Below are positions 1 to 10,270 of a stretch of DNA of 64,000 nucleotides, one piece after another; within the stretch, counting starts at the first letter, position 1; each line of letters begins with the position of its first letter. Made by a program: the position numbers and the translations under genes. The stretch is from an uncultured Verrucomicrobiae bacterium (GTDB lineage: Bacteria; Verrucomicrobiota; Verrucomicrobiia; Limisphaerales; JAFGQR01). The notes under the pieces were generated by a model. The model had not been told where the DNA came from. It worked only from the letters and a program-made list of their open reading frames with translations, and ran no database searches. Where the stretch lies: the NCBI GenBank assembly GCA_963788655.1, contig CAWBHS010000057.1:256001-320000 (forward strand), written 5' to 3'.

Positions 1-1139
1 TCCGCCTCGTTGTCCAGACAGCCGACGCTCAGACGGATGCCGCTCTTGTAGTTGTACCAACAGGTATTGTGGCGAATCAACGTCCGGCTGGTTTCGAAGA
101 TGCCAATCCCCGAATCCCCATTGTGCAAGCAGGCGTTCTGCTCGACCAGCGAATCGTTGCAACTGCGGTGCAGCATGATGCCGTTGCCACCGTTGTTCCA
201 CGAGGTGTTGTAGCGGATGGTCAGGTGGTCGCAGCGCTGGGAAGCGATGATGCCGTGCGTGCCGTTGTGGTGAACATTGTTGTTCTCGATCACCAGCAAA
301 TCCGAATCGTCGTGCGGGTCGAACCCGTAGGCCACATTGTGATCCACCTCATTATCCATCATGCGCATGGCATAGGCGCCAAAACTGTACATGCCGAAAT
401 AATTATGATGAATTCGGCTGCGGAGGATGTCGCCGTAAACCTCGACCAAGTCGTACAGGTCGGGTTGCAGCGTGGGATCCCCAAGGACTTTCCAAACCAT
501 CCCGTACGCCTCCGCCCCATGAAAACCCAAGTAGCCAATGTCGCTATCAATGACATCCATTCGCGATTCGTGGGGGGTGACCCCGTCCGGATCGAGACTG
601 GACCGCACCCGGATAAACGCGCGGCCGAAAGCGTAGTATTCCTGGTCGGGACCATTCGCGGCATCGTCCCACGACGTGATCGCAGTGCTCCGGATGTCGA
701 TGGTGCCATAGTCGGCGGTGACGACGACGTAACTATTTTCGGCCGCCGAGTTGTTGCTTTGCAGCCGCAACTCGTTGACGTTGCCCCCGATCTTGGTGCC
801 GTGCAGTAACAACGTGGCGCCATTCTCCAACTGGAGATTGGCCCGCAGATGCCAGACCGCCGGCGCAACCTGGACCAGCGGCGCCTTGGGCAGGGCTGCT
901 TTCACCTCACTCAACGTCGCCGCGCCGGGCCCCGTGATGTAGATGCGGTAGGAGGAACTGGACCAGCGGAACGTCGTTCCAAAGGCTGAGGGCGACCAGA
1001 ACAGCAGCAACAGCAACGGCAGCCACGCGGCCCGACCCCGCGCCGCGGGCCATCGCGGACGGTCGCGGTCGCGCTCGCCCACGCTGAAGTCTCGCCGCAC
1101 GGCTGCGGGTCTCCACCGAGTGGTTAACAACGTTTGCAT
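1..1139 (-). CDS. algG: AlgG-like mannuronan C5-epimerase / right-handed beta-helix protein (3' end runs off the window)
   Basis: Translated by hand, absent from the ORF track: ATG at 1139, hydrophobic signal stretch WLPLLLLLFWSPSAFG, AlgG-type motif YGFDPHDDS (~303-330), beta-helix repeats (HHNGTHGIIASQRC, NNGGNGIMLHRSC). Open to position 1; lies downstream of algD. Confidence 0.75.
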   Translation of the reverse strand, partial: MQTLLTTRWRPAAVRRDFSVGERDRDRPRWPAARGRAAWLPLLLLLFWSPSAFGTTFRWSSSSYRIYITGPGAATLSEVKAALPKAPLVQVAPAVWHLRANLQLENGATLLLHGTKIGGNVNELRLQSNNSAAENSYVVVTADYGTIDIRSTAITSWDDAANGPDQEYYAFGRAFIRVRSSLDPDGVTPHESRMDVIDSDIGYLGFHGAEAYGMVWKVLGDPTLQPDLYDLVEVYGDILRSRIHHNYFGMYSFGAYAMRMMDNEVDHNVAYGFDPHDDSDLLVIENNNVHHNGTHGIIASQRCDHLTIRYNTSWNNGGNGIMLHRSCNDSLVEQNACLHNGDSGIGIFETSRTLIRHNTCWYNYKSGIRLSVGCLDNEA

Positions 1140-1186
1140 AGGATTACTGCTGATCCGGCACCGTTTGTCTCGTTCCTGAAACCGTC

Positions 1187-2599
1187 TTAAGCGGCGCCCA
1201 CGGTCTCCGTCTCTTCTACGTCCACTTGGGCCTCGGGCTTTAAGCGTTTTTTCGCTTCGATGATCCGTTTCACGAGATGGTTCTTGCCCCGCAGATCGGC
1301 GATGATCGGTCGTTTGCCCATCTGGACGACCCGGTCCAGCAGTGCTTCGTCGTCCCGAGTAATCACCAAAACCTCAGAGTGTTCGATTAATTCATCCAAG
1401 CTGTTCACCGTGCGGCTCGACAGATGGGGGATGTGTTTTTCGATGTAATCCCGGTTGGTGCCCGCGATCATCGAAGTTGCAATCGCCGAATCATGGATCT
1501 TCACGTCGTACCCCTTGCCAATGAGGTTTTCGGCAATCAGCACAATCGGGCTTTCGCGCAAGTCGTCGGTGCCTGATTTGAACGCCAGGCCATTCAGGCC
1601 GATCCGCAAGTGACCGTTCTTCGGCACCGCGTCCATCGCTCGCTTCAAGTGGGCTTCATTGCTGGCCAGGACGCCCCGCATCAGCGGCAGGTCCACGCCA
1701 TTACGGTTGCCGACCTGCACGAGCATGCGCAAGTCCTTGGGCAGGCAAGAACCGCCGAAGGGAAGTCCGGGCCGTAAATACGCCGGTGAAACGTTCAGCT
1801 TGCGATCCATCACGAAGTGCTTCATCAAGGAATGGCCGTCCACGGAAAGCGCCGAACAGAGCGAGCCGACTTCGTTCGCAAAAGCCACCTTGAGGGCATG
1901 AAAGGCGTTGCAGACCGCTTTCAAGGTTTCGGCCTCGCGCAGCGGAATCCACACCAGCGGATCCTTGATGCCGCCAAACAGCGCTTCAATGGTCTCCCGG
2001 TTGTCGTCCGGTTGGCCGCTCGCACTGCCGACGACAATAAAGGGCGGATCATTGTAATCCGCGATGGCCGAGCCTTCGCGCAGGAATTCCGGCACCACCA
2101 CCAGGTCGCTCTCTTGGAACAGCGCCGACGCCGGGCTGTTCGGGTGCAGCGCCGGGAAGACGACGTTCTCCGCCGTGCCCGCCGGCACCGTGCTGCGCAG
2201 GATCACCACATGCCGATCCAGCTTCTCTGGCAGGGCGGAACCAATCAGTCTGGCCGTTTGCTTGAGCGCCACCAAATCAAGGCTGCCGTCGGGACCGGTC
2301 GGCGTCCCCACACAGATAATGGAGGCGTCGGTCGTCAAGACCGCCGCCCGGCCATTGGTGGTCGCGGTCAGCCGCCCTTGGCGGTGGGCCTCGGCAATCA
2401 ATTCATCGATGCCGGTTTCCACGACGGTAGGCCGTCCGGAAGCGAGTTTTTCCACTTTGTCAGGGAGGACATCTACTCCAATGACCTCATGCCCGTTTTT
2501 GGCCAGGCACGCCGCCGTCACGCAACCCACGTAGCCCAGACCGAATATGCTGACTTTCATAATGTTTCTTTCCATTACCTTTCGTTCGTTAGTGTTCAT
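1187..2599 (-). CDS. algD: GDP-mannose 6-dehydrogenase
   Basis: MKVSIFGLGYVG Rossmann motif, ICVGTP, PEFLREG, catalytic FGGSCLPKD, FKSGTDDLRESP and YIEKHIPHLS, all AlgD-like. Confidence 0.85.
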   Translation of the reverse strand: MNTNERKVMERNIMKVSIFGLGYVGCVTAACLAKNGHEVIGVDVLPDKVEKLASGRPTVVETGIDELIAEAHRQGRLTATTNGRAAVLTTDASIICVGTPTGPDGSLDLVALKQTARLIGSALPEKLDRHVVILRSTVPAGTAENVVFPALHPNSPASALFQESDLVVVPEFLREGSAIADYNDPPFIVVGSASGQPDDNRETIEALFGGIKDPLVWIPLREAETLKAVCNAFHALKVAFANEVGSLCSALSVDGHSLMKHFVMDRKLNVSPAYLRPGLPFGGSCLPKDLRMLVQVGNRNGVDLPLMRGVLASNEAHLKRAMDAVPKNGHLRIGLNGLAFKSGTDDLRESPIVLIAENLIGKGYDVKIHDSAIATSMIAGTNRDYIEKHIPHLSSRTVNSLDELIEHSEVLVITRDDEALLDRVVQMGKRPIIADLRGKNHLVKRIIEAKKRLKPEAQVDVEETETVGAA

Positions 2600-2712
2600 C
2601 TATTTCCCCGTCTATGTATAATTAACCGGTTGGGATTACCTACCATGTTGCGGGGACAGCCACCATGGGAACAACTACTTCGGCCCATCACTGTATTTCT
2701 ACGATCACCCCC

Positions 2713-3963
2713 CTAGGGGATTTCCCGAACCGTCGCGGTTTCGTTTCTGGCCGGCGTGGCCGAGCGGGTCCAGGAAAACAGGCCGCTCAGAAATGTGCCC
2801 ACGCTGGCTTCATCACCGTCGGCGTCCCGTCGGATGCCCACCACGGCCGAAAGCCCCAAGGGCAAGTTTGAGTTGTCACCGTCCAATGCGATATAAACCG
2901 GTACCATGGCGTTCTTGCGCACCAGGGTGTGTAAGGTGGTCGGAACGGGGGCAAGCTGCAGGTGTTTGTCGGTCATGACTCCGATGGCTTGCACTCGGCC
3001 GGACAAATTGTGTTTCGGAAATGCATCCAGCGAGATGTCCGCCAGACTGCCCACTCGGATCTCGTTCAGATCCCGTTCGTCCACCCAGGCTTCCACCCAG
3101 GGACGTCCGATCGCCATGGCGATCATCGGTTCGCCCACGCGGGCTGAACCGCCCACCTCGACGATCCGTTCCAACACCCGGCCCTCCGCCGGCGCCCGGA
3201 TGACGGTGGACGCCAAGTCGGCCTCGGCCGCCTTGACTTTAGCGCGCGCCACTTCGACTTGCGACTCGAGCACGGCCAACCGGGCTTCGCGCACGCGCAA
3301 GCCATCGAGTTCGGTCGTTGCGGTTTGATAGCTGGACTCCGCCGCATCCACTGCTCCCTTGGCGGATTTGACCAACGCCAGCGATTGGTTGCGCTGGCCC
3401 GTGATCTGGTCCATCTCGCTTTGCGCGGCAATACCGGTCTTGATCAGTTGCGCGGCGCGGCCGTAATCTTTCTCCAGCCGTTCCAAGTTGGACTTCTCTG
3501 CTTCATAAGCGCCGATTGCTGCTTTGCGCATCCCGTTCAGCCGGGCGATGTCCAACGTTAGCCGGCGGCGCTCCTGTTCGATGGCCATTTTCTCGACGGC
3601 TAATTCGGTGCTCATGCGCGCGAACTCCGCCCGCTCTTCCGCCACCGTCGCCGCCAGATGATCGTCTTCCAAACGCAACAACACGTCGCCCTTGGCTACG
3701 CGCTGGCCGATATCGACCTCCACGCTCTCGACGCGGCCTTCGAGCCGGGCGCCAATGCGAGTGACGACGCCGTTGACGACGGCTTCGCCCAGGACCAGGT
3801 GTTCATAGCGGTAACAGCCCCAAGGAATCCCAATGCCCAAAGCGGCGATGGTCAGCAAACCGACCAGGCAAATGACAGTGACGCGAATCACCGAGCGGGC
3901 CGACCGCTTGGAAGGAGTTGGAGTTTGGGTGGGGGGGGATGATTTATCGTTTGGATGACTCAT
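2713..3963 (-). CDS. HlyD/EmrA-family membrane fusion protein in the Alg44 position, no PilZ domain
   Basis: N-terminal TM helix, lipoyl half-motifs (GRVESVEVDIGQRVAKGDVLLRL, IRAPAEGRV), long coiled coil; overlaps the alg8 stop by 20 bp. Confidence 0.8.
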   Translation of the reverse strand: MSHPNDKSSPPTQTPTPSKRSARSVIRVTVICLVGLLTIAALGIGIPWGCYRYEHLVLGEAVVNGVVTRIGARLEGRVESVEVDIGQRVAKGDVLLRLEDDHLAATVAEERAEFARMSTELAVEKMAIEQERRRLTLDIARLNGMRKAAIGAYEAEKSNLERLEKDYGRAAQLIKTGIAAQSEMDQITGQRNQSLALVKSAKGAVDAAESSYQTATTELDGLRVREARLAVLESQVEVARAKVKAAEADLASTVIRAPAEGRVLERIVEVGGSARVGEPMIAMAIGRPWVEAWVDERDLNEIRVGSLADISLDAFPKHNLSGRVQAIGVMTDKHLQLAPVPTTLHTLVRKNAMVPVYIALDGDNSNLPLGLSAVVGIRRDADGDEASVGTFLSGLFSWTRSATPARNETATVREIP

Positions 3964-6055
3964 GCAGCAGGTGCCTCAAAGATTTTGCCTGATCACTATT
4001 GGCATCCTTGCGCACTGGCGGCATCGCCTTCCGTAGCTTCAACATCAAACTGTCCGTCGGCAGTTTGAAACTCTGTTGATAAAGCTCGGTGCGAGTCGAA
4101 GCGTTCTCGTACGCGAGCTGATAATTTGTCAGGGAACGGAAAATTAGTTGTTGCAAATCCGTGGGGGGCTCCGACAACGGATCCGGCCGTCTCTCCGCCG
4201 CGGCTTCCAATAGTGTCGGGACCAACGGCTCTGGAAGCCGCCTCGTGGTCACTGGTTCCCGGTCAGGAGTCGCAATGGTTTGGCCAAACTCAGCCGGATC
4301 GTTCGTCATCGAATGCGACGTGCCGACCTCAAAGGTGGTGGTCCGGGCACGGGGATTAAGAAACAGCCGCGCTTCCCGAAACACGGGCAGAAAACCGACA
4401 AAGACCCCGACGACGATTAGCAATGCCGTGGTGGTGAAAAGATACAAGTAATGGGCGAAGCCGGTACGCAAGCCATAAAAGGCGGAGCCGCGAACGGCGT
4501 TCAGCTTGCGCGCCCCGCGATTGAGCCACGATTGCTTGGCCGGATGGAACAGGACCCAAAACTTGGTCAAGGCGGTCGCCCAGTCCGACACGATTTGCAA
4601 GGGCACGTAATAGGCCGAGAACCGTCGGCCCTGCCGCCAGGCGACGGCGGCATGGGTCAACCGCGAGGTCAACACCCAAAGCAAGTAACCCGCGGCAACT
4701 TCGTAGCGGCCAGCGCAGAGCGCCAGCAGCAACAGGCAAGGTCCCACGAGCACGGTGCCCATCGCCAAGCGCTGGTCCACCAGACTCCACCAGGGGAACA
4801 GCCCCAGTTTCCGAGGCCCAAGTTTGATGGCCCGCCAACTGTGGCGCACACTGTTGCCGGACCACCGCCGGATGTTGGCCAGCGCGCGTTGCACCGCGCT
4901 ACCCTGGACCACTTCAATCGTGGTCACCATGGCGTCCGGCACATACAGCATCCGTTGTTGGTGGGCCGCCATCCAAAACCAAGTGGTCTTGTCATCGCCG
5001 CTCAACATTTCGAACGAGCCCCAGAGCCAATTGCTGATGAGATCTTGCCGAACCAGATTTCTAAAACTCGCATCCTTGATCGCGGTCGCGCGAAACACCG
5101 AAAGCCGGCCGGTCAGACACAGCAGCCGGCCCGACAGCGCCACGGAACACATCGTGCGGTGCCGCAAACCGAACCGGAGTGATATCCATTCCGCAAACCA
5201 GGTCGGACCTTTGACCCAGCCGTTCTCGTTGGTGGTCACGGCGCCGACGGCCGGCTGCAGCCGGAACAGCGGCAGGACCTTGGCCAGCATGCCGGGTTGC
5301 AGCAAGGTGTCGGCATCCATGAAGACCACCACCCCGTCGTCATGCGGATTGCCCTGGGCGATCTCTTCCATGCCTTTGCCCAAGGCTTCGCGTTTGCCAT
5401 TTTCGCCACGCCGAAGAATCAGTTCGGGCGGCCACAAGTCATTTGCCTGGTCCTCCGGTGACGTGCAGCAACGAGCAAAAACTTCTTGGATGTTTTGATC
5501 ATCTTCATCGCATCCAGTCACCACGACCACTTTGGGCCGGCATTGCAGGCCGGTCACGGCGCGCAATTCGCGAAAGACCGATTCAAACACCACGGCGGTG
5601 ATCCAAGGTTTCTCATGATAAGTTGTGGCCAGGATGATCACCTCCGGCACGGGCCCGAATTGCTGCACGGCTCGGGCTGCCGCGCGACGCAGCCGGGGAT
5701 AGGTGAAATAGCGGTATAAAATCGCCCGCACGTTTTGGATGAGGAACCAACTCCACCGCCAACAGGCAATGCCGCCAACCGTAAGCAGGACTTCAATTCG
5801 TTGGAGCATCCAGAAGTGGACGTCGCCCACGATGCTGATGAGGGTCATCATCAGCCAAGCCAGCAGCGCCACCAGCACCAGTTGACTGGTCCACGGCGCA
5901 CCATTTCGGCACCGCCCCACTTCCGCGGAAACCGCATTGCGGAATTCCCCGGGTTGTGGCCCGGTGGTGCCAAAAAACTCCCTCCGATTGGGGGCAAACG
6001 ATAAAACACCGCATGCGTGATCCACATCGGGGGGATATCCTTTTCCCTTGTTCAC
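3944..6055 (-). CDS. alg8: Alg8-like processive GT2 polysaccharide (mannuronan) synthase
   Basis: DADT (DxD), LRFGLRHRTMCSVALS, TGRLSVFRA, SGDDK, IRRW and LVDQR motifs as in Alg8; several TM helices. Start uncertain. Confidence 0.8.
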   Translation of the reverse strand: MNKGKGYPPDVDHACGVLSFAPNRREFFGTTGPQPGEFRNAVSAEVGRCRNGAPWTSQLVLVALLAWLMMTLISIVGDVHFWMLQRIEVLLTVGGIACWRWSWFLIQNVRAILYRYFTYPRLRRAAARAVQQFGPVPEVIILATTYHEKPWITAVVFESVFRELRAVTGLQCRPKVVVVTGCDEDDQNIQEVFARCCTSPEDQANDLWPPELILRRGENGKREALGKGMEEIAQGNPHDDGVVVFMDADTLLQPGMLAKVLPLFRLQPAVGAVTTNENGWVKGPTWFAEWISLRFGLRHRTMCSVALSGRLLCLTGRLSVFRATAIKDASFRNLVRQDLISNWLWGSFEMLSGDDKTTWFWMAAHQQRMLYVPDAMVTTIEVVQGSAVQRALANIRRWSGNSVRHSWRAIKLGPRKLGLFPWWSLVDQRLAMGTVLVGPCLLLLALCAGRYEVAAGYLLWVLTSRLTHAAVAWRQGRRFSAYYVPLQIVSDWATALTKFWVLFHPAKQSWLNRGARKLNAVRGSAFYGLRTGFAHYLYLFTTTALLIVVGVFVGFLPVFREARLFLNPRARTTTFEVGTSHSMTNDPAEFGQTIATPDREPVTTRRLPEPLVPTLLEAAAERRPDPLSEPPTDLQQLIFRSLTNYQLAYENASTRTELYQQSFKLPTDSLMLKLRKAMPPVRKDANSDQAKSLRHLLHESSKR

Positions 6056-6648
6056 TTGTTAAGAGCTTCCTTCTGAATCGCAATTCTTTATGGAATTGCA
6101 CCTATTAAAGCCTATTCCCCGAAAGATGTCAATCAGTTTCGCGGCCCATTGTGGCACCACTGTAACCTGCGTTTTAGCCCGAAAGAACAGTGGAATCCGG
6201 GGAGTTTTCCTACGCAATCCAATTGCGTTGCGCGCGAATGTGCGTCACTCATTACTCATTTGCAACCAGTAAATTAGCCTTCAGCTATTTTTCAGGGCGC
6301 CAGCCTTTGGGATGGTCAGCCCCAGAATTCCCTGGCATGAATGGCTGGTCCAACTTGACCGTCGATTGCTGCATGAACCGTCCATTGAATTGGCTGGTGG
6401 CTGCCTCGTGCGCCGCCCGGCAAGATTTGTCGGCGGTGTTTGTGGATCGCTGGCGTTTGCCACTGAGCGACGATGCTCGCGCCGTCATGCAACACGTTCG
6501 GTGGAATGCTGACCGACAACAGCGGTTGGCGTAATCGCGAAGCTCCCGGAAAATCCGTTCCGCGCGGACGCCGCACCGAAGCAACCTTGACGGCATCGAA
6601 AAACCTCCTTGCTTGACCATTCCAACTCAACCAGTAAAAACAACGACC

Positions 6649-7913
6649 ATGAAAAACAATTGGATTCACCGCCTCAACCGCCGACCGATTTGGCTCACCA
6701 TCGCCGCGTCTCGATTTCCGTTCTCACCCTCCAGGCTGATTGGCCGCAGTTCATGGGACCCAACGGTGACGGCACGTCGCCGGAGAAAGCCTTGCTGCGC
6801 GCCTGGCCGGCGGGCGGTCCGAAAGTCCTTTGGACCGTGCCGCTGGGCAAGGGGTACGGCGGGGCCGCCATTCGCGACGGCAAGGTCTATTTAATGGACC
6901 GTGTGGACATGAAACAGGATGTCTTGCGGGTGTTAAATCTGACCACCGGCAAGGAAGTCTGGACCTACGCTTACGATGCGCCTGGTCGGATCAGCCACGA
7001 CGGTTCCCGGAGCACACCCGCCGTAAGCGACCAACGAGTGTTCACCATCGGTCCGTTCGGCCATTTCCATTGTCTGGACCAAACGACGCACCAGGTGGTA
7101 TGGCAAAAAAACCTGGTGGACGATTACGGGACGCGCGCACCCCGGTGGGCTGTGGCACAATCCCCCTTGCTCTACAAAAACCTGGTGATCGTGGCGCCGC
7201 TGGCCGAAGAGGCCGGAGTCGTGGCATTCGACCAGGCCACCGGCAAGGAACAGTGGCATTCCGGACCACTAGGCCCCATGGCGTATGCCTCTCCCAAAAT
7301 TGTGACCATCGAGGGCCTGGACCAAGTCGTCATCGTCAACCAAAAGGGAGCCGCAGCAATCAAGGCTGCCGACGGCGCCTTGCTTTGGCAGTATGAGCAT
7401 CCCTGCAAAATTGCAATTCCCAATGTGGCCGAACTCGGCCAGGGCAAGCTGTTTCTCACCGGCGGCTACAATGCCGGCAGCGCCATCATCCAGGTGTCGC
7501 AACAAGCCGGCAAATGGACGGTCAAGGAATTGGCGCGCATCGACAAAATCGGCGGGCAGTGCCATCCGGGGCTCGTGTTCCAGAACCACATTTACGTCCT
7601 GTGCAACACCAACGAACGCGCTGATGGCATGGTGTGTTTTGATACCAACGGAAAAATGCTCTGGCAGACCAAGCGCGATCCATTCCTGGACAAGGGCGGT
7701 TCCATTCTGACGGGCGATGGGCTCATTTATGTCATGGATGGTCGCGCGGGTGAATTGCACATCGTTGAACCTTCGCCGGACGGATTCAAATCGCTCGACA
7801 AGTTCAAGCTCTTGGACGGAAGTGAAATTTGGGGCCCACTGGCGCTCACGGACGGCAAACTCATCATCCGCGACCAAAGCCAGATGAAATGCCTGGACGT
7901 GAAAGCGCGATGA
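6649..7913 (+). CDS. PQQ-like beta-propeller (BamB-like) secreted protein; N-terminal frameshift near 6710
   Basis: ADWPQFMGP, repeated TGK..W blades, STP/SPL motifs; ATG at 6649 is in another frame. Confidence 0.8.
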
Positions 7914-7932
7914 GCGGCTCGTTCGTCCGCAG

Positions 7933-8886
7933 TCAACGAACCGTTACCGCGAACCTTCCAGCAATGTCTTCGACGAAAGCTTTGTGACGCCGCGGAACGC
8001 GGGCGTACCACCCTTTCAGGTATTCGGCAAAGCTCAACGAAGTGTAACCGTCGTGGCCATTCAAGAAGCTGACGGCCGCCCAGTGTTCCGGGCGCTTCGC
8101 GAACAAGGGCAGCAAATGACAAGCGACCAGCCCGTTCAAATGTCGCAACGTGGCGTGGCCGCGCAGCTCGGCTTCATGCTGATGATACCACTGGGCGAAC
8201 ATTACACCGGCGTCGAGTTGGCGGTCACTCGCGTGTTCAAGATCGGCGGCATACTCGGCGAGTTTGGGGGCGAAATCGCGCCAATTCCCATAAGGCGGCG
8301 AATTGCTCCACGCGATGGCCATCTGTTGGAGGACAAACATTGAGGCCGTCTCGCACAGCGCTTCCTCAAACCACTGGTTGGGATTCCGATCCGTGCGCAC
8401 GCGCTCATAGTGGCAGATGATGTGACCAAGTTCATGGGCGAACTGATAGGCATATTGCGCCCAGTAAGTGCCGCGGGCATTCAAGCGCACCACAATCTCG
8501 CCCTTCAAACCGCGACGATACTCGGTGATGGGACTGTTCGTAGTGTGAAACACCCGCACCGTCCCAAAGCTTTCGGGCGCCAAACGTGGCACCAGTTGCG
8601 CCGCCGACGACGAGAGTAGTCGCTGGATGTTTTCCAACGACACGCCGTCGCCCCAACCGCCTGGCACAATCTCGATGGCCAGTTGATTCGTTGCCAGCGT
8701 GGGCGCAGCGGGAACAGCCGCACAGGCCATTAACACCAGCAGGAAAATGCCATCCGGCCACGAACCGAAGTGCGTTGTCCAAAATGAAGGGGCATGTTGC
8801 CTTCCAAAGTGGGGACCGTTCGCCGAAAGATCAAGAATGGTTGCCAGCCCTTCGAAGTTGCCCGCACGCAAGATCGCTTGTCGCAA
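7933..8886 (-). CDS. Hypothetical zinc-metallopeptidase-like protein
   Basis: FAHELGH (HExxH) followed by WFEEALCE (gluzincin-like third ligand); hydrophobic segment near the N-terminus. Start uncertain. Confidence 0.55.
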   Translation of the reverse strand: MRQAILRAGNFEGLATILDLSANGPHFGRQHAPSFWTTHFGSWPDGIFLLVLMACAAVPAAPTLATNQLAIEIVPGGWGDGVSLENIQRLLSSSAAQLVPRLAPESFGTVRVFHTTNSPITEYRRGLKGEIVVRLNARGTYWAQYAYQFAHELGHIICHYERVRTDRNPNQWFEEALCETASMFVLQQMAIAWSNSPPYGNWRDFAPKLAEYAADLEHASDRQLDAGVMFAQWYHQHEAELRGHATLRHLNGLVACHLLPLFAKRPEHWAAVSFLNGHDGYTSLSFAEYLKGWYARVPRRHKAFVEDIAGRFAVTVR

Positions 8887-8958
8887 TCCCCTTCCATACC
8901 TTCATCTTCTTCGCGAAAGAAATTGCCCAGCCCCGCCGGCTTAGCCTAATTACGTCGC

Positions 8959-9945
8959 ATGAAACCGCGACAACTTGGGAACAGCAACTTGCACCTGACC
9001 CCCATCGGCTTGGGCACCTGGGCTATGGGCGGCGACGGTTGGGCCTTTGCCTGGGGCCCGCAAGATGACCGCGCGTCCATCGCCGCCATCCAACGCGCCT
9101 TGGACTGCGGCATCAATTGGATCGACACGGCCGCGGTGTATGGTCTTGGCCACGCCGAGGAACTCGTGGGCCAGGCCCTTGCCGGCCGACGCGACAACGT
9201 GATAATCGCCACGAAATGCGAACGCGTTTGGGACGAAACCACCGGCGCCATTGGCAAGTGCCTCAAAGCGGAGAGTGTGAAACGCGAGGTTGAAGCCAGT
9301 CTGCGCCGGCTCCGCACGGATGTGATTGACCTGTATCAGATCCATTGGCCGGAACCAGACGCTGACATCGAAGAAGGTTGGGGCGCTCTTGTCGAATTGA
9401 TCCGCGACGGCAAGGTCCGCTACGGCGGCGTTTCCAATTTCAATCTGAGCCAACTCCGGCGCGCCCAAGCCATCCATCCGGTCACATCGCTACAGCCGCC
9501 GTACAGCATGTTGAACCGCGCCGTCGAAAAAGAGCTGCTACCGTATTGTGCCCGCGAGGGCATCGGCGTCGCGGCCTACAGTCCGATGCAGGCCGGGTTG
9601 TTGACCGGCAAGTTCACCCGCGAACGAGCAGCAGCGTTGCCGTCATCCGATTGGCGCCGGCGCAGTCCTTATTTCCAGGAACCGCAACTCAGTGTGAATC
9701 TCCAGGTTGCCGAGCGCCTGCAACCAATTGCCCGCCGCCACGAGATCACCGTTGCCCAACTTTCCCTGGCTTGGGTCTTGCGTCGGCCCGAAATGACCGC
9801 CGCCATCGTGGGGGCCCGACGTCCGGAGCAAGTCGAGGAAACAGTTCGGGCAGGCGAAATTCGACTGGCTCCCGAAGACCTTACCGAAATCGAAAACATC
9901 CTCCTGGAACGGGAAAAAGCCCTGGGCGGCGAATCGGCGAAGTAA
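8959..9945 (+). CDS. Aldo/keto reductase
   Basis: IGLGTW, IDTAAVYG, IDLYQIHWP, GVSNF, YSPMQAGLLTGK. Confidence 0.92.
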   Translation: MKPRQLGNSNLHLTPIGLGTWAMGGDGWAFAWGPQDDRASIAAIQRALDCGINWIDTAAVYGLGHAEELVGQALAGRRDNVIIATKCERVWDETTGAIGKCLKAESVKREVEASLRRLRTDVIDLYQIHWPEPDADIEEGWGALVELIRDGKVRYGGVSNFNLSQLRRAQAIHPVTSLQPPYSMLNRAVEKELLPYCAREGIGVAAYSPMQAGLLTGKFTRERAAALPSSDWRRRSPYFQEPQLSVNLQVAERLQPIARRHEITVAQLSLAWVLRRPEMTAAIVGARRPEQVEETVRAGEIRLAPEDLTEIENILLEREKALGGESAK

Positions 9946-10042
9946 GGCTCTCCACGTCTCGAAACGTCTTTTTGAAGGCTTGACCAACACTCGGCAATTT
10001 GATACTTCCTGATCTTCAGTAAACCAACTAACAACGAATTCT

Positions 10043-10207
10043 ATGAAAAACAAATGGTTGTTCTACTCGGTCTTCGGTTTTGTGTTTGCATTTTCCTCAT
10101 CAATGCTAGCTGTGGGAGGTGCAGTACCCGATGGCGGTTCCACGGTGCTCATGCTCTTGGCCGGCTGCGCCGCTCTATTCGGTCTGGCCAAAGGGCTTAA
10201 AAAGTAA
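10043..10207 (+). CDS. 54-aa protein consisting of a signal peptide plus a VPDSG-CTERM sorting domain
   Basis: Hand translation: MKNKWLFYSVFGFVFAFSSSMLAVGGA-VPDGGST-VLMLLAGCAALFGL-AKGLKK*. Confidence 0.7.
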   Translation: MKNKWLFYSVFGFVFAFSSSMLAVGGAVPDGGSTVLMLLAGCAALFGLAKGLKK

Positions 10208-10208
10208 G

Positions 10209-10270
10209 CCTTCGGATTTCGGTCTTCGGAGTTTTTTCGGATTTCGAGCCCTTCGGATTTCGGATTTGTC
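10209..10270. repeat. Short tandem TTCGGAT-type repeats between convergent genes
   Basis: cttcggatttcgg repeated; related runs at ~21635-21692, 46215-46242 and 46416-46450. Confidence 0.65.

Noticed and set aside
69..809. Plus-strand 246-aa ORF, and similar long antisense ORFs (e.g. 18925-20676, 49447-50790, 60653-62038)
   Set aside because: Antisense shadows of real genes in high-GC DNA.
6056..6600. Sigma-54 promoter or riboswitch upstream of alg8
   Set aside because: TGGCAC at ~6152 has no properly spaced TTGC, and I see no recognisable riboswitch consensus.
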